DNA of 38,138 nt. Origin: a virus (taxonomy: Duplodnaviria > Caudoviricetes). Positions 31,703-38,138 of this stretch are shown one piece after another. Under the pieces are notes generated by a model, which ran no database searches, had not been told where the DNA came from, and was given only the letters and a program-made list of their open reading frames with translations. Within the stretch, counting starts at the first letter, position 1, and each line of letters begins with the position of its first letter. Both the position numbers and the translations under genes were made by a program. The stretch covers positions 1 through 38,138 of IMG/VR virus record IMGVR_UViG_3300037458_001599, one strand, 5' to 3'.

Positions 31703-31926
31703 CAGGCCCGCACCTCGGGGGTCGTGATGGCCCGCCCGCGCCGCACCGGGTGCGGGAACTCGAACGGGGCGAACCGCTCGGGCATGAGCTTGATGTGCAG
31801 GTCATCGGGGTGGATGACCTGGCCCTTCGCGTAGATCGTGCCGTCCGACCCCAGGAACGACTCGCGCACGATGTACAGGGCGAGCTCTCCGGTCGGCGTC
31901 ACGGTGGGCGTCACCTTGGTCGGCAT
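31702..31926 (-). CDS. hypothetical head-module protein (74 aa)
   Basis: GGAGG RBS before MPTKVT. Confidence 0.65.
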   Translation of the reverse strand: MPTKVTPTVTPTGELALYIVRESFLGSDGTIYAKGQVIHPDDLHIKLMPERFAPFEFPHPVRRGRAITTPEVRA

Positions 31927-31947
31927 CCGCGTCCCTCCGTGGGGATG

Positions 31948-31975
31948 TGTGGGGGCGGCTCGCACCGCCCCCACA
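31948..31975 (-). terminator. 11-bp stem-loop after the capsid gene (terminator or mRNA stabiliser)
   Basis: TGTGGGGGCGG-N6-CCGCCCCCACA; no U-tract. Confidence 0.5.
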
Positions 31976-31984
31976 GGTCTAGGC

Positions 31985-33541
31985 TCAGGCGAGGAGCGCG
32001 AGGCGTCGGCCGGCGTCGACGTTGGCCGGCTTGGCCGTGTTGCGCCACCAGGCGTAGATCATGCGCTGGCCGGTCGGGTAGCCGGTCGTGGCATCGAGGA
32101 AATGGGGGATGACCTCGACGGACATGCCCGCGCGCTCGATGATGTAGTAGCTGGACGGATCGCAGAGGCACGCGATGACGAGGTCGTCGGTGGCGGCCAC
32201 GAAGGCCGGGGCCGACGGCGTCTCCCAGATGGGGTACTGCAACAGGCGGAGGCCGGTGTTGCCGACCGGGGACTGCTGCGGGTAGCCCACGCTGGCGTAG
32301 TTCGGGCCGCCGAAGAGCTGGCCGCCGGTCGTCTCGAGCGCCTGGAAGACGCGGATGACGCCACGGTTCATGAACCACGCCGCGCGGGCGCGGTGGCGGA
32401 TGGGGAGGGCGGCCTCGACGAGGTAGGCATCCGACGCCGCGACAGCGCCGGCGGCCGCGCCGGTGTCGATGTGGGTGTAGGCGCCCGACGTGGTGTGCGC
32501 GGCGCCGAACATGCCGATGGGGTTGTAGCCCGCGCCGAGCGCGTCGCCGGCGCCGACGGAGAAGCTGGACTCCTCCTCGGTGTCCTTCGCCTCGGAGATG
32601 AGGGACGCGATCTCGGACACGACGTCCGGGCGGTCCTGGAGCAGCTCGATGCTGACCTTGCCGACGCCGTGGACCTTGCCCACGATGGCGCTGATCTGGC
32701 CGACGGCCCCGAGGCCCTCGGTGGCCGCCGCGGCCTCGGCCGCACGAGCGACCGTGAAGGACGTCGTGGTCGGCGCGTTGTACGTGTCGGTGCCCACGAT
32801 GGTCTTGACGGTGCACGCCTGGCGGTACGGGTTGACGTTCGTCCAGGCGCCCGTGTGGAGGATGGTCGGGTCGAAGCTGAAGGGCACCGCGTATCCGCCC
32901 GTGGCGTCCGTCTGCACGGTCCACGGGGCGACGGCGCGCTGCTCGTCGGGGTTCAGTGGGCGGCCCTGCACGTACTTCGTGAAGGCCCGCATGTAGGTGT
33001 CCGAGCCGGTCGCGATGATGCGCTGGGCGAGCTCGCGGTTGGGGTTCTTCGGGGAGGGGCGATCGGCCTCGGCGAGGAGCTTCTCGATGTGCGCCTGCTC
33101 GATGGCCGGGACGGACTGCGGGTTGGGGTAGACCGCGCGCTCGACGGCGTACATGGCGCCGTCGTGGTACGCCTGGTGCAGCTCCTGCTCGGAGTCGGAC
33201 AGGCGGCGGTACTGCTCGAGGGCGAAGATGTCCTCGGGCACGCGGCGGGCCCGCGTGGCGTTCGTGCGAGGCGAGGGCGGGCTGAAGCTCACGACGTTGG
33301 CGTCGTTCCGCGCCAGCCCCGCGAGTCGCGTCCTGCGGGCCTCGATCTCGACGAGGCGAGCGGACAGCTCCTTGTCGACCTCGTCGAGGCTGGCCCACTC
33401 GGTCTGCGCCTCGGGGCTGAAGGGCTTGACACCGAACTCGTTGTCGATGTCCTTCATGCGGGCCTGGACCTCGCCCTGCAGCGTCGCCAGTTCGTCCGGC
33501 GAGCGCAGGGCCTCGAGGTCTGCAAGGGTGATCATGGTCAT
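31985..33541 (-). CDS. major capsid protein, HK97 fold with N-terminal scaffold (delta) domain (518 aa)
   Basis: Coiled-coil N-terminus, TGGYAVP, VSIELLQD, AAWFMN, RLLQYPI; GGAGG RBS and ATGA overlap. Confidence 0.93.
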   Translation of the reverse strand: MTMITLADLEALRSPDELATLQGEVQARMKDIDNEFGVKPFSPEAQTEWASLDEVDKELSARLVEIEARRTRLAGLARNDANVVSFSPPSPRTNATRARRVPEDIFALEQYRRLSDSEQELHQAYHDGAMYAVERAVYPNPQSVPAIEQAHIEKLLAEADRPSPKNPNRELAQRIIATGSDTYMRAFTKYVQGRPLNPDEQRAVAPWTVQTDATGGYAVPFSFDPTILHTGAWTNVNPYRQACTVKTIVGTDTYNAPTTTSFTVARAAEAAAATEGLGAVGQISAIVGKVHGVGKVSIELLQDRPDVVSEIASLISEAKDTEEESSFSVGAGDALGAGYNPIGMFGAAHTTSGAYTHIDTGAAAGAVAASDAYLVEAALPIRHRARAAWFMNRGVIRVFQALETTGGQLFGGPNYASVGYPQQSPVGNTGLRLLQYPIWETPSAPAFVAATDDLVIACLCDPSSYYIIERAGMSVEVIPHFLDATTGYPTGQRMIYAWWRNTAKPANVDAGRRLALLA

Positions 33542-34713
33542 GCCTCCAGGTGGCGCAGCCAAGCCTCACGGCTCCGGAAGCGCAGGGGGACCGCCACGGG
33601 TGGCGGCGTGGGCTCCGGCGGGGCCGGCTCGTCCGGCTCGTCGGGTGGCTCGTCCGGTCCCGGCTCGTCCAGGGCCAGCAGGCCGTCGATCGCGTCGCGG
33701 ATCGACCGCAGCGAGGTCTCGGTGGTGGTGGAGAAGGCGGGGCGGCCGTCCTTGGCCCGCAGGCGGGCCCGCTCGCGAGCGTGGCCCACGAGGGCGTACG
33801 CCTCGGCGCTGACGGCCTCGAGGCGCTCGTGGAAGGGCAGCGGCTCCTCGAGCTCGCCCGCTTCCGCGGAAAGGGCCCGGCGGCGGCCGGCCGTGGAACC
33901 CAGGCGGGCGACGGTCTGGGCCAGCGTTTCGACGCGGTCGACCATGCCGGCGGCGTGCGCCTTGCGTGCGGTCAGGACACGGCCGCCGCCGTAGTCGGCC
34001 TCGACCTTCTCGACGGGCACACGCCGCCCGGCGGCCACGTCGGCGAGGAACTGGCTGTAGGAGATGTCGACGCGCTCCTGGATGTCGGCCCGGGCCTCGT
34101 CTGTGAGCGGCTCGAACTCGTTGCCCTCGCTCTTGTGGGGCCCGGCGCTCACGATGGTCGTCGTGATGCCGGCCTCGTCGAGCATCCGGCTGGCCTCCTG
34201 GTGGATCGCGTAGACGCCGATGCTGCCGACCGAGCCCGATGGACTGACGACGAGCTCGTCGGCCTGGCTGGCGAGCCAGTAGGCGGCCGAGGCGGCGAGC
34301 GTGTCGGCGACCGCGACGATGGGCTTCGAGCCCCCGCGAGCGGCGCGGAGGTCGCCGGCCAGCTCGGTCATGCCCGCGACCGAGCCGCCGGGCGAGTCGA
34401 TGTCGAGGACGATGGCCGCGACCGACGGGTCGGCCAGGGCCGAGTGGATGTCCGCTCGCAGCGTCTCGACGGCGACGCCGCCGAAGGCTTCCATGAGCCA
34501 GTCGGAGCGGTGCTCGATGACACCGTAGACGGGGATGACCTGCACGGAGCCCACGCGGCTCGCGCCGTCGTGCACACCGGACAGAGCCACGACCTTCGCC
34601 GGGTCGCCGTCCTCCCGGTCCCAGGCCACGATGCGCGAGAGGGCGTCCGGCATGAGCGCCCAGGGCGCCTCGGACAGCGCCGCGAGGCGGCGCGGGGATG
34701 ACGGCTTGCTCAT
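33538..34713 (-). CDS. S49 (SppA-like) prohead protease (391 aa)
   Basis: LDIDSPGGSV, AASAAYWLAS, GSIGV, GPHKSEG; start reassigned to MSKPSS. Confidence 0.92.
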   Translation of the reverse strand: MSKPSSPRRLAALSEAPWALMPDALSRIVAWDREDGDPAKVVALSGVHDGASRVGSVQVIPVYGVIEHRSDWLMEAFGGVAVETLRADIHSALADPSVAAIVLDIDSPGGSVAGMTELAGDLRAARGGSKPIVAVADTLAASAAYWLASQADELVVSPSGSVGSIGVYAIHQEASRMLDEAGITTTIVSAGPHKSEGNEFEPLTDEARADIQERVDISYSQFLADVAAGRRVPVEKVEADYGGGRVLTARKAHAAGMVDRVETLAQTVARLGSTAGRRRALSAEAGELEEPLPFHERLEAVSAEAYALVGHARERARLRAKDGRPAFSTTTETSLRSIRDAIDGLLALDEPGPDEPPDEPDEPAPPEPTPPPVAVPLRFRSREAWLRHLEA

Positions 34714-34758
34714 GCCCGCGATGCTCACACCGGAGGGGGCGGACATGCTAGGGACAAG

Positions 34759-34799
34759 AGCGGCCAACAGCGGACAGGAAGCGGCCAATAGCGGCCAAA
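34759..34799. repeat. four phased 10-11 bp direct repeats AGCGG(C/A)CA(A/G) upstream of the protease gene
   Basis: agcggccaac agcggacagga agcggccaat agcggccaaa. Confidence 0.65.
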
Positions 34800-34896
34800 A
34801 CGAAGACCCCGCCTCTCCGATCGCTCGAAGTGACGGGGTCCTGTCGGGCCGTACGCTCTACTCGGCCCTTCCTCTCGGTCGCGAACCGAGGACCGC
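34797..34896 (-). ncRNA. putative structured RNA / attenuator between portal and protease genes
   Basis: TGC-TACACT extended -10 at 34900-34908; hairpins CTCGGT/ACCGAG, GGGCCG/CGGCCC and AGGACCCCG/CGGGGTCTT followed by CGTTTT. Confidence 0.45.
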
Positions 34897-34914
34897 ATGA
34901 GTGTAGCAGGCCCG

Positions 34915-36375
34915 TCAGGCGTCGCGCTGCCGCCAGCGGCGGAGCGTCCGCTCGCTGACCCCGAGGTCGTGCGCCTGCTGCGCCACGGTCGGCCGAGGGG
35001 CGGCGACTGGCGGTGCGGCCTCCTCCGGCTCGGCGGGCTCCTCGGCGCCCGGCTTCTGGAGCTGGACGGAGTACAGGCCCGAGTGGACGAGGCGGGTCAG
35101 GTCGCCGCTGGTCACGGCGGCCACGACCGAGTCCGGCTCGTAGCCGGCCGTCACGAGGGTATTGATCGCGCCGGCGTCCATCTGCTGGATCTCGGCGCGG
35201 TCCTTCTCGTCCTCCTGGAGGAGCGGGATGCGTCGCCCATCGACCCAGAGGCGGCAGCCGGAGGGGGTGGGCAGGATGGACTGGAGAGCGCCCGCCATGT
35301 TGCCCCAGAGGTCCCAGAGGGTCGAGTCGATGTATGCCCGCCGTGCCATGGCGTAGTTGCTGTAGGTCGCGCTGGCGAGGCCCTCACTGAAGCCCACGAG
35401 GACCGGCGGGACGCCCGCGTCGGAGGCGATGCGGCTCTCTCCCTTGCCGACCGTGACCGCGAAGTCCTCCTGGCGCAGGTTGGCGCCCACGGTCTGCACG
35501 TCGGCGGCGGACGAGAGGTACCAGGTCCGGTAGGCGTTCATGGCGCCCTTGTGGCCCTGCTCCATCTTCTCGACCCAGGCGTCGAACTTGTCGAGGGTGT
35601 TGACGACGGTCGGGTCGAGCTTGACCACGACGGCGCCCGAGGCCCCGTTCTCGAAGTACTTGAGCTTGTGGGTCGCGGCGGCCTGGTCGCCCATGATGTC
35701 GCGGATGGCTGGCGTGAGCCAGCTCATGCCGCGGAAGCGCGCGGTGGGGTCGGGGATGGGGGCGAAGTGCGCGACCTCCTCGGGCAGCAGCAGCTCGGGC
35801 TCGCCGTAGCCCTTGCCGCCGGCCCAGTAGGCGTAGCCCTGCACCTTCGCGTCGATGGCCACGATGCCCTGCTCGGGCTGCCGCTCGCTGGCGGCGATGA
35901 TGGAGAGCCAGTCCGGACGCAGGACCGAGAGCTGGCGGTCCCGCCGCACGATGATGGCGTTGCCGCCGAGGTCGGCGTACTGGATGGCGATGTTGAGCAT
36001 GTCCGGCGTCGTGGCGTTCGTCCAGGGCTGCTCGAGCAGCTCGAGCGCCGAGGTGCCGAAGAACTCGCCTGCCGGGCCCGCCGTCCCGGCCCGGAGGCGC
36101 TGCCACTGGAAGTACGCCTGGCTGAAGGTCTTGCGGCGATACTCCATGCACGCGAAGACGATGGGGTTGGCCATCATCGCCATGTGCGCGTAGCTGGCGA
36201 AGCCGGCACCGATCTCCTCCTCGCGGAAGGACAGGGACGTGCCCGTGCCCAACGGGTAGATGCCGCCGCCGAAGGTCATGGCGCCGCCCCCGGTGAGCAT
36301 GTCGTAGACGTCCCGCCCCGCCCAGCCGGCGCCGCGGACGGAGTGGGGACGGATGAGTGACTGGAGCAGGTTCAT
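34915..36375 (-). CDS. portal protein (HK97-family-like) with C-terminal HTH (486 aa)
   Basis: NPIVFAC, ELLEQP, GGNA, LRPDW, RGMSWL, YFENGA, GVPPVLVG..ATYSN; GGAGG RBS before MNLLQ. Confidence 0.92.
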   Translation of the reverse strand: MNLLQSLIRPHSVRGAGWAGRDVYDMLTGGGAMTFGGGIYPLGTGTSLSFREEEIGAGFASYAHMAMMANPIVFACMEYRRKTFSQAYFQWQRLRAGTAGPAGEFFGTSALELLEQPWTNATTPDMLNIAIQYADLGGNAIIVRRDRQLSVLRPDWLSIIAASERQPEQGIVAIDAKVQGYAYWAGGKGYGEPELLLPEEVAHFAPIPDPTARFRGMSWLTPAIRDIMGDQAAATHKLKYFENGASGAVVVKLDPTVVNTLDKFDAWVEKMEQGHKGAMNAYRTWYLSSAADVQTVGANLRQEDFAVTVGKGESRIASDAGVPPVLVGFSEGLASATYSNYAMARRAYIDSTLWDLWGNMAGALQSILPTPSGCRLWVDGRRIPLLQEDEKDRAEIQQMDAGAINTLVTAGYEPDSVVAAVTSGDLTRLVHSGLYSVQLQKPGAEEPAEPEEAAPPVAAPRPTVAQQAHDLGVSERTLRRWRQRDA

Positions 36376-36524
36376 CGGGGCACCTCCACGGCGAGCAGGC
36401 CGATGGCCGCGATGGCGCAACCAGCGACGACGAGGGCGAGGGGAACGGAGACGAGGCCGATGCCGGTGACCGCGAGGGCGACCCCGAGCAGGACGAGCGC
36501 CATGGCCAGGCTGCGGCGGGTCAT
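36372..36524 (-). CDS. small 2-TM protein between terminase and portal (50 aa; start may be 36545)
   Basis: Hydrophobic; ATGA overlap with portal start. Confidence 0.65.
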   Translation of the reverse strand: MTRRSLAMALVLLGVALAVTGIGLVSVPLALVVAGCAIAAIGLLAVEVPR

Positions 36525-36558
36525 CGGAACGTCCTCGCGTGCCATTCGTCGTTCATGG

Positions 36559-38055
36559 CTAACGGAACGCCACCATGGGGACGACCTCGGGCGCCGGCTG
36601 CATGGACGCCTGGGCGTGGACCATGGCCGCGGCCGTGAGCGCGTCGATGACGCGGCGCTCCTGCTCCGGTGCACCGCTGCGGGTCGGGCTGGAGCGGTCG
36701 AAGCGCGCCGCGCCGAAGCGGTCGATGCGCGCCACGGCGTTGAGCGCGTGGCACGTGAGCACGGGGTCGCCCGAGTGCTTGAGCCAGCCCGAGCGCAGGG
36801 CCTCCATGAACCTCTCGTAATCGTAGACGGCGAGCGCCGGCGTCTGCCCCCGGGCGATGACCGTCGAGCCGAAGGTCTCCTCGATCCAGGCCCCGAGCTG
36901 CTCGGCGCGGCTGGGGTCCATGACGACGGTGTGGATGGGGTTCCGGGCGTGCAGCGCGGTGAGCGCGCCCTCGACGAGGTGCGGGTCGAGCGAGCCGCCG
37001 TCCCGCGGCGGGACGAGGGCGATGGCCGGCCCCAGGAGGCGGTGCTCGCGGTCGCGCATGAGGAAGGGCACGATGGCCGTCGTGTCCCACTTCCAGGCCA
37101 CGTCGAGGCCGACCCAGATGGGCTCGTGGTCGGGGATGGTCTCGTCGGTCCGCGCGGCCGCCCACTCGGCCTCGGTGATGGCCGCCTCGTCACTGCGGGT
37201 GGGCAGGTTGCACACGAAGCGGCGCCAATGGGTCAGCGTCATCGTGGGCGCCTCGAGCTTGGCGCGCAGGCGGGCCGTGGTGATGGCCGCCAGCGGGTTG
37301 GCGCGCTTCACGACCCGGACGTCCTCGACGTCGGCACCCTCGGGCACGGCCCACTCGTGGAGCACGAGGGCGGGCGTGGCGGCCCGCACGAACGAGCCCC
37401 GGCGCGTCAGGGACGCCGCGGCGTCCTGGCGGATGCGCTCCCGCGCCTGCTCGAAGTCGGAGCCCGGCTCGCCCGCGGTGGAGATGGTCACGAGCTGGCC
37501 GCGGCGCTTGTCGAGCTTGCCTGCCCACGTGCGGTAGAGGCGCATGTCGCGGTGACGGTGGAGCTCGTCGATGATGGCGAGCGTGGGGATGACGCCGTCG
37601 CCCGTGCGGTCGTCGGCCGCGAAGACCTGGATGCGCCCGCCCCCGACGTGGTTGATGCGCCGGTAGCCCTCCAGGCAGGTGAAGCGCGGCACCTCCACCT
37701 TGCGCTTGCCCTTGACCTCCTGGAGCCGCGAGTGGACGCGCTCGTGGAGGGAGGCGGAGCGAAGCACGAAGCCCTCGGCCTGGCGGTACAGGATCTCGGC
37801 CTGCTCCCGCGACGAGGCGGCGATGGGCACCGAGGCCCCGTCGCGGTGCTCGCAGTGGTACAGGGCGAGCCCTGCGGCCAGCGTCGTCTTCGCGTTTCCC
37901 TCGGGGACGATGAGCCAGTTCTCCGCGCGGCCCGCGAACAGGTCACGGACGAAGGCCGACTGGAACGGCTCCAGCTCCCACGGGTCGCCCGTGTCGAGCG
38001 TGAGCCCGAGAGCCCAGGCGCGGAAGTGGGGGAGGGTGAAGGGGCGGGAGGTCAC
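36559..38055 (-). CDS. terL: terminase large subunit (498 aa)
   Basis: PEGNAKTT (Walker A variant), IIDELH (Walker B), ISTAG, GLDVAWKWD and IDALTA nuclease motifs. Confidence 0.93.
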   Translation of the reverse strand: MTSRPFTLPHFRAWALGLTLDTGDPWELEPFQSAFVRDLFAGRAENWLIVPEGNAKTTLAAGLALYHCEHRDGASVPIAASSREQAEILYRQAEGFVLRSASLHERVHSRLQEVKGKRKVEVPRFTCLEGYRRINHVGGGRIQVFAADDRTGDGVIPTLAIIDELHRHRDMRLYRTWAGKLDKRRGQLVTISTAGEPGSDFEQARERIRQDAAASLTRRGSFVRAATPALVLHEWAVPEGADVEDVRVVKRANPLAAITTARLRAKLEAPTMTLTHWRRFVCNLPTRSDEAAITEAEWAAARTDETIPDHEPIWVGLDVAWKWDTTAIVPFLMRDREHRLLGPAIALVPPRDGGSLDPHLVEGALTALHARNPIHTVVMDPSRAEQLGAWIEETFGSTVIARGQTPALAVYDYERFMEALRSGWLKHSGDPVLTCHALNAVARIDRFGAARFDRSSPTRSGAPEQERRVIDALTAAAMVHAQASMQPAPEVVPMVAFR

Positions 38056-38138
38056 CGAGAGGCCCCCGAGTTTCCCTCGCGAAGAGGGGCGCGGGTCTCC
38101 TGGGGGGTCGGACCGGGCCTCGAGACGACCCTCCCCCC

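Larger units (their letters stand above)
1..38138. mobile_element. Temperate tailed phage genome (HK97-like head, siphovirus-like tail), unintegrated attP form, probably incomplete at the left end
   Basis: Packaging, head, tail, immunity, replication, integration and putative lysis modules all present; no recognisable host genes; phage genes on both sides of the tRNA-derived att core. Confidence 0.95.

Noticed and set aside
34797-34896. Known riboswitch or self-cleaving ribozyme
   Set aside because: No consensus I could recognise (no hammerhead core or familiar aptamer); kept only as an unassigned structured RNA candidate
31838-36360. Long + strand ORFs opposite capsid, protease and portal (also 6127..7638, 25741..27597, 10927..12318)
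   Set aside because: Shadow frames of well-supported - strand genes
36521-36556. 11-codon mini-ORF MNDEWHARTFR between terL and the small membrane gene
   Set aside because: Too short to support; an alternative start at 36545 for the downstream gene explains the gap

Overview
The window is most of the genome of a high-GC temperate tailed phage (HK97-type head, siphovirus-like tail) in its unintegrated form: an intact attP lies in the middle of phage genes. Almost everything is on the - strand. Reading right to left: large terminase, portal, S49 prohead protease, major capsid, head-tail and tail genes (frameshifting chaperone, tape measure, minor tail, fibre), a + strand immunity island (repressor plus two membrane proteins sharing a domain), cro, an early operon, tyrosine integrase, attP, then a putative lysis module and more virion-like genes. 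The early operon holds regulators, a radical SAM-GNAT-methyltransferase fusion, SSB-like protein, primase-helicase with an internal iteron array, PD-(D/E)XK exonuclease, a two-frame C5 methyltransferase, RusA, a metallophosphoesterase and many small genes. Best candidates for new biology: (1) the 739-aa radical SAM + GNAT + CPPY-methyltransferase fusion, a possible DNA hypermodification enzyme; (2) a C5 methyltransferase split across two overlapping frames; (3) attP matching a rare tRNA-Ile(UAU); (4) a two-gene + strand operon nested inside a translationally coupled antisense ORF; (5) a portal with a C-terminal HTH next to a structured RNA/attenuator and phased repeats; (6) a lysogeny-expressed membrane protein pair. 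All product calls come from motif recognition by eye; no searches were run. Several start codons were reassigned from the ORF track using RBS and stop/start overlaps.
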